A DNA stretch of 64,000 nucleotides, taken from NCBI GenBank assembly GCA_028820505.1, contig JAPPIT010000117.1, forward strand, positions 6,777 through 70,776, in the 5' to 3' direction. The stretch's first letter is position 1; each line of letters begins with the position of its first letter. This DNA comes from Defluviicoccus sp. Its GTDB lineage: Bacteria; Pseudomonadota; Alphaproteobacteria; MPNO01. Below, one piece after another: positions 21,271-30,225 of this stretch. The notes beneath the pieces were generated by a model. That model worked only from the letters and a program-made list of their open reading frames with translations. It ran no database searches and was not told the origin of the DNA. A program made the translations under genes and the position numbers.

Positions 21271-22533
21271 TCAGGCGCCGGCGGGCGCGGGCGCCGGACT
21301 GCCGCCCCGGTTCTCGCGGACGAGGACGGTGAGCGCCGCGGCCAGGAGCGCGAGCCCGAAGGACACGAACCAGACCCAGTCGTAACGCGCGAAGAGCTCG
21401 AACAGATAGCCGCCGAGGAAGGTGCCGGCCGCCCCTCCGAGCGAGTGCGCGGCGAAGATCAGCCCCATCGTGAAGCCCATGATGTGCCGCCCGATATGGC
21501 TCGCGACGAGGCTGGCGACGATCGGGAAGGTGGCGTAGTCGAAGATGCCGAACAGCACCGCGAAGGCGAAGAGGAGCGTCGAGCTTCCCGCGATCTGCAC
21601 CAGGACGAGAAACGTCAGCGCCCGCATGAAATAGATCGAGGCGAGCAGCGCCGGGCGGTGGAACCGGTCGGAGAGGTGCCCGAACGCGATCATCCCCGCG
21701 AGGCTGAAGGCGGACATCACCCCGTAGGCCGTGGCGCTCTCCAGCGGCGGGAAACCGCAGGCCACGGCATAGGGGATCAGGTGGATCTTGATGACCCCCG
21801 CCGTCGTGAAGCCGCAGATCGCGAACCCGCCGGCGAGCAGCCAGAACGTCCTCTGCCGCGCGAGCCCCGACAGGACGACGCGGAAACCGGCGCGCGAACG
21901 CCGGTCGGAGCCCGTGCGCGCGGGACCGCGGGGCCGCTCGCGGGCGCCGATCAGGAGATGGACCGCGATCGCGGTGGCGACGATGGAAGCCGCGGCGATC
22001 CACAGGCTCGACCGCCAGCCGAACGCCCCGATCAGCACCGCAAGCAGCGGCATCAGCGCGAGCTGTCCCGCGGTGCTGCCCGACGTCGCGACCCCGGTGG
22101 CGAGGCCGAGACCGCGGTCGAAACGGGACGCGACCGTGGTGGAGACCAGCGAGGGCGAGATCGCGGCGAAGCCCACGCCGCCGACGATCCCGTAGAAGAG
22201 CACGAGCTGCCAGGGCTCCGACATCGACGCCGAGAGCGCGAAGGCGATCGCCGCAAGAGACATGCCGAGCGCGTAGACCAGCCGGGGGCCGTGCCGGTCG
22301 AGCATCATGCCGGCGAGCGGCGCGACCACGGCCATCGTGGTCAGCATGACCGCGCCGGCGGACGAGACCAGACCGTAGCTCCAGCCCAGATCGTCCTTGA
22401 GGAACGGCATCAGCAGGCCGAGCGAATTGCGCGCGGTGATCACGATGCCGAGCATCAGGAACAGCGCGCCGACGACGACCCAGCCCCTGCCGGTCGAGCG
22501 CGCGTCGATGTCGGATGCGTGTCCTGCGGCCAA
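21271..22533 (-). CDS. MFS transporter (OFA/MCT-like)
   Basis: LDRHGPR, GLATGVATSGSTAGQ, FAICGFTT, LSDRF. Start uncertain (TTG 22533 chosen). Confidence 0.85.
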   Translation of the reverse strand: MAAGHASDIDARSTGRGWVVVGALFLMLGIVITARNSLGLLMPFLKDDLGWSYGLVSSAGAVMLTTMAVVAPLAGMMLDRHGPRLVYALGMSLAAIAFALSASMSEPWQLVLFYGIVGGVGFAAISPSLVSTTVASRFDRGLGLATGVATSGSTAGQLALMPLLAVLIGAFGWRSSLWIAAASIVATAIAVHLLIGARERPRGPARTGSDRRSRAGFRVVLSGLARQRTFWLLAGGFAICGFTTAGVIKIHLIPYAVACGFPPLESATAYGVMSAFSLAGMIAFGHLSDRFHRPALLASIYFMRALTFLVLVQIAGSSTLLFAFAVLFGIFDYATFPIVASLVASHIGRHIMGFTMGLIFAAHSLGGAAGTFLGGYLFELFARYDWVWFVSFGLALLAAALTVLVRENRGGSPAPAPAGA

Positions 22534-22682
22534 GCGACCCCCGTGCCCGGCAACCCCCCGGACGGGCAAGCGATAATCGAGGGACCCCGTTAGCGCCGGT
22601 TATAGGCGGTTTGGGCGGGGGGGTTCCAGTGGAGGGTCGGCGTCGACGCCGACCTTGCCTGTTCCGGTATCCGCCGGCATTC

Positions 22683-22707
22683 GGTCGGAAAGTAAGACTT
22701 TCCTACC
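22683..22707. promoter_or_regulatory. Inverted-repeat operator upstream of the AbrB-like remnant
   Basis: GGTCGGAAAGT-AAG-ACTTTCCTACC: 11-bp arms with 1 mismatch, ending 5 nt before ATG 22712. Confidence 0.55.
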
Positions 22708-22711
22708 CACC

Positions 22712-22927
22712 ATGCGCGAGGGCGACCTCAGGGAGGCGACCCTCGTCGGAGACGGCATCCTCCTTCGACCCAGGGAGGTGGTGGACCGCGATGCGGCCGC
22801 CGAACGGATTGCTGCCCTGCTGAAGCGGATCGAACCTTCGCCGGACGACGCCGGCCGCACCCGGAACGAGATCCTGGAAGACATCCTCGACGACATGGCC
22901 GACGCCCGCCGGGCGCGCCGCCCACGA
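22712..22927 (+). pseudogene. Truncated AbrB/MazE/SpoVT-type antitoxin remnant
   Basis: MREGDLREATLVGDGILLRPREVVDRDAAAERI resembles the second half of an AbrB swapped-hairpin domain. The N-terminal GQITLP segment is missing, there is no in-frame stop (CGA at 22925) and no toxin follows. Confidence 0.55.
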
Positions 22928-22981
22928 TTTCCGCGCCGAGGGCTGAGAGACGCTTCCGTCGGAATGCGGCCCCCCGCCCCC

Positions 22982-24478
22982 CTACTCCGCCGCCTCGCTC
23001 GTCCCGCCGGCGGCGGGGGCCATCGAGGCGGCGAGGTCGTAGCGGTCCATGATCTCGTCGACGAGGCCGGTCGCCGCTTGCCAGTCGTAGGTGCGGTAGG
23101 CGTGGCCGCGGGTGACGAACTGCGCGCCGGCGTAGAACATCTCGTACTGGGCGTGGCGCGAGGCGAATTCCGAGCCGATCGCGTCCCAGGCGAGCTTCAG
23201 GAACTTCACCCTGGGCTCCGGATCCATGACCGGCGATTGCTGCGTGCGCTCGATATAGTCGGCGAGCGCCGGGTTGGCGAAATCCCTCGCCGAGGACGGC
23301 AGCATGATCAGCGCGCCGCCGGCGAGCTCGCGGAGCTTGGTGATGAAGTTCGGATAGAGCTCCTGGGTCAGCACCTGCGAGGAGTACATCAGGTTGCGGT
23401 CGGGCACGTAGTAGCCGTGATACTCGCCGCCGCCCGCCTCCATGCCGTAGACCAGCCCCTTGACCATCGCGGTCTGCGCGGCGAGGTGGCCGAGCTGCTC
23501 GCGCACCGAAGGGATGGTCGCGGTGCCGATGGTCTCGGTTATCTTGTGGGCGACGCCGAGGAGAAACTGCATCTTCACCATCAGGCGGGTCTGCGCCTGG
23601 TAGTTCTGCATGTAGTGCGCGTAGGTATCCGAGAACTGCGCCCGCGCCATGTTCGTGTCGCGGTAGACGAAGACCCGTTCCCACGGGACCTTCACGTCGT
23701 CGAAATAGATCAGCGCATCGTTCTCGTCGAAATGGGTCGACAGCGGATAGTCGTACTCGGTCGTCACCGAGCCCTCGTAGGAGCGCCTCGACATCACCTT
23801 GACGCCCTTGTGCGCCATCGGCACGGCGAAGGAGATGGCGTATTTCTCCTCGCCCGGCTTGAGCGGCTGGATGTTGGCGCACAGCACCTCGTTCGCCATG
23901 ATCGAGCCGGTGCCCAGCATCTTCGCGCCGCGCACCGTGATCCCCTCCGTGTCCTCGTCGACCACGCCGCAGGTCAGGAACTCGTCCCCCTGCTCGCCGG
24001 TGTCCTTCGACCGGTCCGCCTGCGGGTTGATGATGACGTAGGTCATGTAGATGTCGTTGTCCCGGGCCCAGGCGTAGTAGTCGAGCAGCGCCTGCGCGCG
24101 CGCCTCGCTGTGCTGCCGGAACAGGTGGATGCCCATCACCTGCCCCGCCATCGAGGACGCGATGTGGTCGGGGGACCGTCCCAGCCAGCCTCCCGAGAGC
24201 CGCATCCAGGCGACGATCGCCTTGCGCCTCTCGACCAGCTCCTCATAGGACTTCGTGAGCTGCCAGGCGCGGTTGACCCGCTCGCCGCTGGTCGGCGATT
24301 CGAACGTCATCAGGTCGAGATTTTCCGGCCGGCACTGGAAATCGTAGAGCGCGCAGGCCGAGCTCACCGCGTTCCGATAGGCGGGATGAACCGTCACGTC
24401 GCCGACGCGGACGCCGTCGAGATAGACCTCGCGCCCGTCTCTCAGGCTCTCGCGATGCTGGTTTCCGTCCTTCGGCAT
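22982..24478 (-). CDS. 4-hydroxyphenylacetate 3-hydroxylase family (HpaB-like) FADH2-dependent monooxygenase
   Basis: SLRDGREVYLDG, GRSPDH, INPQADRS, GITVRGAKMLGT, FDENDA, GSEFASRHAQYEMFYAG. Confidence 0.92.
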   Translation of the reverse strand: MPKDGNQHRESLRDGREVYLDGVRVGDVTVHPAYRNAVSSACALYDFQCRPENLDLMTFESPTSGERVNRAWQLTKSYEELVERRKAIVAWMRLSGGWLGRSPDHIASSMAGQVMGIHLFRQHSEARAQALLDYYAWARDNDIYMTYVIINPQADRSKDTGEQGDEFLTCGVVDEDTEGITVRGAKMLGTGSIMANEVLCANIQPLKPGEEKYAISFAVPMAHKGVKVMSRRSYEGSVTTEYDYPLSTHFDENDALIYFDDVKVPWERVFVYRDTNMARAQFSDTYAHYMQNYQAQTRLMVKMQFLLGVAHKITETIGTATIPSVREQLGHLAAQTAMVKGLVYGMEAGGGEYHGYYVPDRNLMYSSQVLTQELYPNFITKLRELAGGALIMLPSSARDFANPALADYIERTQQSPVMDPEPRVKFLKLAWDAIGSEFASRHAQYEMFYAGAQFVTRGHAYRTYDWQAATGLVDEIMDRYDLAASMAPAAGGTSEAAE

Positions 24479-24591
24479 CCGGGCGCCCCCTCCTCTCGAA
24501 CGGCGCGCATCATAGCAATATTTCCCCAAGTTGCAGCGCACCGGGCCGCCACCTATGGTGCCGCCGGCCGCGCGCGGGGGGAGGTGTTGCG

Positions 24592-25311
24592 ATGGAGCAT
24601 GTCGAGACGGGCTCTCCGGAGCCGGGCCCGATCTATCTCGAGCCCACCTGGTATTTCGATTACGACACGCCGTCGGTGCGGGAGTTCGCCCTTTCCCGGA
24701 CCGCGGGCCGCGAGACGCAGGTGGCGAAGGCCGTGGCGCTCTTCTACGCGATCCGCGACGAGATCCGGTACGACCCCTACACCATTTCCGACGACCGCGC
24801 CGATTACCGGGCGAGCCGTGTGCTTGAGGCGGGGGCGGCCTTCTGCGTGCCGAAGGGCAATCTGCTGGTCGCTTGCGCGCGGGCGCTCGGCATCCATGCC
24901 GGGCTCGGGCTGTCGGACGTGACCAACCATCTCTGCACCGAACGGCTGCTGAAGCTGATGGGCGGCAGCAACCTCTTCATTCACCACGGCTACGCGGTGC
25001 TCCGTCTCGACGGGCGCTGGATAAAGGCGGCGGCGACCTTCAATCTCGAGCTCTGCGAGAAGTTCGACGTGCTGCCGACCGAGTTCGACGGCACGGAACA
25101 TGCGCTGTTCCAGGAATTCGACAGCCTCGGCCGGCGGCACATGGAGTACATCCGGGACCACGGGGTCTGGTCGGATTTCGACTTCGACCGCGTGATCGGG
25201 GATTTCCGCGACCTCTATCCGGACACGCTGTTCGAGGATTGCGCGACGGAGCGGGCGCGGAACGCGGCGCGGCAAGCCGCCCGCTTCGAGGACGAACGGC
25301 CGGTCGTGTGA
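24592..25311 (+). CDS. Transglutaminase-like family protein
   Basis: IRDEIRYDPY, FCVPK (catalytic Cys), NHL, HGY, GRWIKA. Confidence 0.85.
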   Translation: MEHVETGSPEPGPIYLEPTWYFDYDTPSVREFALSRTAGRETQVAKAVALFYAIRDEIRYDPYTISDDRADYRASRVLEAGAAFCVPKGNLLVACARALGIHAGLGLSDVTNHLCTERLLKLMGGSNLFIHHGYAVLRLDGRWIKAAATFNLELCEKFDVLPTEFDGTEHALFQEFDSLGRRHMEYIRDHGVWSDFDFDRVIGDFRDLYPDTLFEDCATERARNAARQAARFEDERPVV

Positions 25312-26099
25312 CCCCCGAGGAGACGGCGGCGGCGCTCCTCGGCGAGGCACGCCTGCGCCGCGCGCCGGTGAAGGCGCTGCCCGAGCCGATCCGGCCGGCG
25401 GACGACGCGGGCGGCTACCGTATCCAGCGGGCGCTGCGCGCATGGTTCGCCGAACGGGGCGATCCGCCGCCGGCCGGCTACAAGCTCGGCTGCACCACGC
25501 CCGTCATGCAGCAGATGCTGGGCCTCGACGCGCCGGTCTATGGCGGCGTTCGCGCGGGCGATGTGCACCCAAGCGGGACCGCGCTGCCAGCGTCCGGGTT
25601 CAGGGCGCCCGGGATCGAGTGCGAGATCGCGGTCCGGCTCGGCGCCGACCTCGACGCCCGCGGTCGCCCTCCCTCCCGCGAGGAAGCGGCGGACGCGGTC
25701 GCCGAAGTCATGCCGGCGATCGAGGTCGTGGACAACCGCTACGGCGACTGGTCGGCGCTCGGCCCGCCGACCTTGATCGCGGACGATTTCTTCCAGGCGG
25801 CCTGCATACTGGGAGCGTCGGCGGCGTGCCGCGACCCGATGACGCTCGACGCCGCCACCGGCCGGACCCTGGTCGACGGGGCAGAGACCGGCCGGGGCAG
25901 GGGCGCCGACGTGCTCGGCCATCCGCTGGACGCGGTCTGTTGGCTTGCCGGCGCGCTCGGCACGCAGGGCACGATCCTCCGCGCCGGCGCGCTGATCATG
26001 ACGGGATCTTTGGTGAAGACGGTCTGGCTGGAGCGCTTTCCCGCCGCGGCGCGGGTCGAGATCGACGGGATCGGGACGGCGGAAATCAGGCTGGACTAG
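25308..26099 (+). CDS. 2-keto-4-pentenoate hydratase / FAH-family protein
   Basis: GYKLGCT, IECEIA, PAIEVVDNRY, LIADD, VLGHPL, IMTGS; GTGA overlap with the upstream gene. Confidence 0.85.
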   Translation: MTPEETAAALLGEARLRRAPVKALPEPIRPADDAGGYRIQRALRAWFAERGDPPPAGYKLGCTTPVMQQMLGLDAPVYGGVRAGDVHPSGTALPASGFRAPGIECEIAVRLGADLDARGRPPSREEAADAVAEVMPAIEVVDNRYGDWSALGPPTLIADDFFQAACILGASAACRDPMTLDAATGRTLVDGAETGRGRGADVLGHPLDAVCWLAGALGTQGTILRAGALIMTGSLVKTVWLERFPAAARVEIDGIGTAEIRLD

Positions 26100-26106
26100 C
26101 GCCCCG

Positions 26107-26298
26107 TCACCCGGCGAACAGCTGGACGACCGCGATCGCAAGCATGGCTCCGCCGGCGATTGCGCCTATGGCGCTGAGCAAAATCCACACCTTGAGGTTG
26201 AGAAGATCCTCACGGGTGGCGGCATGCTCCATGAAGGATTCGATCCGCGCCAGCCGCTGTCCGAATGCGTCTTCCGGGGTGCCGGCCTGGATGGCCAT
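26107..26298 (-). CDS. Small coiled-coil protein with C-terminal TM helix (ATREDL motif; DUF1640/XhlA-like)
   Basis: 63 aa: RLARIES..ATREDL..LKVWILL followed by a hydrophobic tail; lower-GC upstream region. Confidence 0.55.
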   Translation of the reverse strand: MAIQAGTPEDAFGQRLARIESFMEHAATREDLLNLKVWILLSAIGAIAGGAMLAIAVVQLFAG

Positions 26299-26434
26299 AA
26301 GTCAATTCCATCGTTCCCTCAGGGGAAATATAGCCAGCACGATATAGACGATTCAAGAGAATCTCCGATCGGACAATACTACCTTCGGTTGTCGTTGGCC
26401 GAAACCGGTGTCCGGCCAGGGAACCGGATGCGAC

Positions 26435-27058
26435 TCAGTCCTCGACCGCGACCGCCTTGCCGCCGACGATCTTCTGGCCGACCGCCGGCACGCCGCCTTC
26501 CTCGCCCCAGCGGGGCGCGGATTCGATGTGGATGCCGAACTGGTCGAGCATCCTCATGCAGCTCTGGTCGACGATGTCCTGCAGCGTCACGGGCCGGTTG
26601 TAGAAGGCCGGCACGGGCGGAAAGATGACCGCCCCGAGCCGGCTCAGCCGCACCAAATTGTCGAGATGGCCGGAATGGAGCGGCGTCTCGCGAATCGCCA
26701 CCAGCAGCGTCCGCCGCTCCTTGAGCACGACGTCGGCGGCGCGGCTGATCAGATCGCCGGTATTGCCCATCGCCACGTTGGACATCGTCTTGATCGAGCA
26801 GGGCGCGATGATCATGCCCTTCGAGTGGAAGGAGCCGGACGAGATCGACGCCCCGATATTGCCGACCTCGTGGACCTCGTGGGCGAGCGCGTTGATGTTG
26901 GCGATATCGACATCGTGCTCCATCTTGAGCGTCAGCTTGGCCGACCGGCTCATCACGAGATGGATTTCGTACGCGTCCGTCCGGCGCAGCATCTCCATCA
27001 GCCGCACGCCGTAGATCGTGCCGGTGGCGCCGGTGATCCCGACAATGACGCGGTCCAT
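26435..27058 (-). CDS. ubiX: Flavin prenyltransferase UbiX
   Basis: IVGITGATG, ISSGS, IAPCSIKT, LISRAADVVLKERR, RETPL, PPVPAFY. Confidence 0.95.
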   Translation of the reverse strand: MDRVIVGITGATGTIYGVRLMEMLRRTDAYEIHLVMSRSAKLTLKMEHDVDIANINALAHEVHEVGNIGASISSGSFHSKGMIIAPCSIKTMSNVAMGNTGDLISRAADVVLKERRTLLVAIRETPLHSGHLDNLVRLSRLGAVIFPPVPAFYNRPVTLQDIVDQSCMRMLDQFGIHIESAPRWGEEGGVPAVGQKIVGGKAVAVED

Positions 27059-27139
27059 GGACAACCCTCCAACGACGCAGTCTGCTATAAAGGCGGCGCC
27101 AATCTAGCGAATGAGGCACTTCGCGAAAAGGATGCCGTG

Positions 27140-28138
27140 ATGCGGTGGCCCGGCCGACGAGGCGAGACCGGAAACGGCGATCGCATATCGAAGCGCAATG
27201 GCCGGCGCCTCCTCGCGGGTGCGCTCGGGGTGGCGGCGCTGCTGGCCGCCGCTTTGGCGGGAGCCGCGGAGAACACGCCCGCGCCGGGCACGTCCGCCTA
27301 CCCGCCGATGATCGGCAAGGCGATTCGCTACCGGGCGAAGCACGAAGACACGCTGATCCGGCTTCCGCGGCGATTCAACGTGGGCTACACCGAGCTCCGC
27401 GCGGCCAATCCGCATGTCGATCCGTGGCTCCCCGGCGCCGGCACCGAGATCCTGGTTCCCACCGCCCATATCGTGCCGGAGGCCGACAGGAAGGGGCTGG
27501 TGCTCAACCTGGGGGACCAGCGGCTCTACTACTTCAAGCCGGACGGCAGAACCGTGGCCTCGTTCCCGGTGGGTATCGGCATGGAAGGCTGGTCGACTCC
27601 CACCGGACGCACGAAGGTGGTGCGCAAGCAGAAGCGGCCGACCTGGTACGTGCCGAAGTCGATCCGGGCCGAGCGCCCGTACCTCCCGAAGGTGGTTCCG
27701 CCGGGCCCCGACAATCCGCTGGGCTCGCACGCGCTCTATCTCGGCTGGCAGTCCTACCTGGTGCACGGGACCAACAAGCCCTACGGGATCGGCCGGCGCG
27801 CCTCGCATGGCTGCGTGCGGCTCTATCCGGAAGACATCGAACGGCTGTTCGGGGAAATTCCCGTGGGCACCCCGGTCACCGTGGTCGACCAGCCGGTCAA
27901 GATCGCCTGGGTGGAAGGAGAGCTGATGCTGGAAGCGCATCCTACCCAGACCCAGGCGGACCAGGTGGAAGCGGGCGATCGAATGGCACGGGAGAGCGCG
28001 CCGGAGGTGGCGTATCGGCTGATCTACGCCGCACGCAAGAAGGCGGGCCGACTCGACTGGCCGCTGATCCGCCGGACGCTCAAGCGGCGGAGCGGGCTCC
28101 CGGTCAGCGTGCTGAAGCCGGGAGACGCCGCGGGCTGA
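27140..28138 (+). CDS. L,D-transpeptidase, ErfK/YbiS/YcfS type (LysM-like + YkuD + C-terminal domain)
   Basis: Signal/TM segment, LysM-like ANPHVDPWLPGAG, FPVGIG, PTWYVP, PPGPDNPLG, HGTN..SHGCVRL (catalytic His/Cys). Start approximate. Confidence 0.92.
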   Translation: MRWPGRRGETGNGDRISKRNGRRLLAGALGVAALLAAALAGAAENTPAPGTSAYPPMIGKAIRYRAKHEDTLIRLPRRFNVGYTELRAANPHVDPWLPGAGTEILVPTAHIVPEADRKGLVLNLGDQRLYYFKPDGRTVASFPVGIGMEGWSTPTGRTKVVRKQKRPTWYVPKSIRAERPYLPKVVPPGPDNPLGSHALYLGWQSYLVHGTNKPYGIGRRASHGCVRLYPEDIERLFGEIPVGTPVTVVDQPVKIAWVEGELMLEAHPTQTQADQVEAGDRMARESAPEVAYRLIYAARKKAGRLDWPLIRRTLKRRSGLPVSVLKPGDAAG

Positions 28139-28150
28139 CGTCCGGAGGCT

Positions 28151-28182
28151 GGCGGTTTCGAATGCGAGCGTTCGAGACCGCC
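28151..28182. terminator. Hairpin between convergent genes (possible bidirectional terminator)
   Basis: GGCGGTTTCGAATGC-GA-GCGTTCGAGACCGCC stem with G-U pairs; no clear U-tract. Confidence 0.4.
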
Positions 28183-28202
28183 GGGCCCCGGCGGAGAGAT
28201 TC

Positions 28203-28487
28203 CTACTTCTTCATCCCGGCTTGCATCATGCGGTCCATCTTCATGGCCGCGTTCTTGGCCTCGTTAGCGGCGCGCTCGGCGGCGGCGGCGGCGCGTTCGG
28301 CGGCGCGGGCCGCATCTTCGGCGCGCTTGCCGGCGGCATCGGCCTTGGCGCCCGCGGCGGCGGCCGCGTCCGCGGCCTGCTTCGCCGTCGCCTCGGTCGC
28401 CTGGAACCGGCTCATCGGCACCGTATCGCAGGCCGCGACGAACATTGCAGGCAGCGCGACGAGTGCGCAGGTCTTCAAGAGCTTCAT
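28203..28487 (-). CDS. Lpp/OprI-like alanine-zipper lipoprotein
   Basis: Signal peptide with lipobox VAA-C20, Ala-rich heptad helix, C-terminus KMDRMMQAGMKK; GAGGAGA RBS. Confidence 0.85.
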   Translation of the reverse strand: MKLLKTCALVALPAMFVAACDTVPMSRFQATEATAKQAADAAAAAGAKADAAGKRAEDAARAAERAAAAAERAANEAKNAAMKMDRMMQAGMKK

Positions 28488-28803
28488 TCTCTTATCTCCT
28501 CGATCGGTCGAATGCGGTTGGCTGTCCGATGCGTTTCGCCGCGGCTAGGGTTAGCCCGTGAACCCGGCAGGGTCAACGGCGGTTACCGGGCGACCGTACA
28601 GTATCGGGGCGAACAACGCCACTATTCGCCGCGATTCGCCAAGAATTTGGACACCGGGCGCCGGCTCCGGGGAAGTTCGATGAAATCGCCGCCCGGGACT
28701 CGACCGTTGGAGCGCGGGCGATGTCGCGCTACAATTTTGCGATACGCTCCGGAATGACCAGTCGACCGCCGGAACCGGCGCAGCTGCGGGAGGGGCCGTA
28801 TCG

Positions 28804-30042
28804 ATGCTGCTCAACTGGGCGTTGGGCAAGGTGGCGTCCACTGGACGCCTGACGCTGATCGACGCCAACGGACGCACCCACCGGATAGAAGGATCGCCGG
28901 GGCCGGAATGCACGGTCCGGCTGCACGACCGGAGGCTGCATGCACAGCTGGTGACCAATCCCTGGCTTCGCGTGGGCGAGGCCTATATGGACGGCACGCT
29001 CACGATCGAGGAAGGCACGCTCGGCGATTTCATCGAATATTGCTGCGTCAATTCGCGGGAGGCGGAGGACAACCCGGTCTTCAGACTGTCGGAATGGCTG
29101 AACCGGCGGACCCGCTGGCTGCAGCAGCACAACCCGATCGGCCGCGCCCGGCGCAACGTCGCCCACCATTACGACCTGTCGGACACGCTCTACGACCTCT
29201 TCCTCGACAAGGACCGGCAATATTCCTGCGCCTACTTCACCGACGACGACAACACGCTGGAAGAGGCGCAGGACAACAAGAAACGGCACCTCGCGGCGAA
29301 GCTCCGGCTCGCGCCGGGACAGCGGGTGCTCGACATCGGGTCGGGATGGGGCGGGCTCGCGCTCTATCTCGCCGGGATCGCGGACGTCGACGTCACCGGC
29401 GTGACCCTGTCGGAGGAACAGCACAGGGTCGCGGAGCGCCGCGCCGCGGAGGCCGGCCTGTCGGGGCGGGTGCGCTTCATGCTCGAGGACTACCGCCACC
29501 GCACAGGCCGGTACGACCGCATCGTCTCGGTCGGCATGTTCGAGCATGTCGGGGCCCGGCACTACCGGGAGTTCTTCGCCAAGCTGCGCGAGCTGCTGCC
29601 CGACGACGGGGTCGCCCTGCTCCACTCCATCGGGCGCATGGAGCCGCCGGGGACCACCAGCGCGTGGCTCCGCAAGTACATCTTCCCGGGCGGCTACACC
29701 CCGGCCATGTCGGAGGTGCTGGCCGCGCTGGAGCGGGAAAAGCTCTACGTCACCGACATCGAGATATTGCGGCTCCACTACGCCAAGACGCTGTCCCACT
29801 GGCACCGGCGGTTCCAGGACAATCGCGCGCAGATCGCCGACCTCTACGACGAGCGTTTCTGCCGGATGTGGGAGTTCTACCTGAAGGGCTGCGAGATGGC
29901 GTTCAAGTACTGGAACCAGATGGTGTTCCAGATGCAGATTGCCCGCAACCAGGACGCCGTGCCGCTCACCCGCGACTACATCACCGACTCGGAACGCGCG
30001 CAGCGCGCCGCCGAAGACCGCCGGGACGATATCGCCGCCTGA
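28804..30042 (+). CDS. cfa: Cyclopropane-fatty-acyl-phospholipid synthase family methyltransferase
   Basis: GEAYMDG, NVAHHYDLS, QYSCAYF, VLDIGSGWG, IVSVGMFEHVG, KYIFPGG, RMWEFYL. Confidence 0.92.
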   Translation: MLLNWALGKVASTGRLTLIDANGRTHRIEGSPGPECTVRLHDRRLHAQLVTNPWLRVGEAYMDGTLTIEEGTLGDFIEYCCVNSREAEDNPVFRLSEWLNRRTRWLQQHNPIGRARRNVAHHYDLSDTLYDLFLDKDRQYSCAYFTDDDNTLEEAQDNKKRHLAAKLRLAPGQRVLDIGSGWGGLALYLAGIADVDVTGVTLSEEQHRVAERRAAEAGLSGRVRFMLEDYRHRTGRYDRIVSVGMFEHVGARHYREFFAKLRELLPDDGVALLHSIGRMEPPGTTSAWLRKYIFPGGYTPAMSEVLAALEREKLYVTDIEILRLHYAKTLSHWHRRFQDNRAQIADLYDERFCRMWEFYLKGCEMAFKYWNQMVFQMQIARNQDAVPLTRDYITDSERAQRAAEDRRDDIAA

Positions 30043-30225
30043 GACCGTCCACACGCCGGGATTCCGGCAGGGGTCTTTCCGAACCGGCAATTGGGCCCGA
30101 TGTCCCCGTGATTTGGGCGGTGTGAGTAAGTTTCGCCCCCAACAAACAAGCGGCGCGGTGGCCGCGACGCTACCGATTCGGACCGCGCTCGATTACCGTC
30201 CTCGCCGCACCCGGGGGAGTGGCGC

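Noticed and set aside
22655-24922. 755-aa plus-strand ORF
   Set aside because: Mostly the antisense shadow of the HpaB-like gene; only the first ~70 codons after ATG 22712 look protein-like (AbrB remnant).
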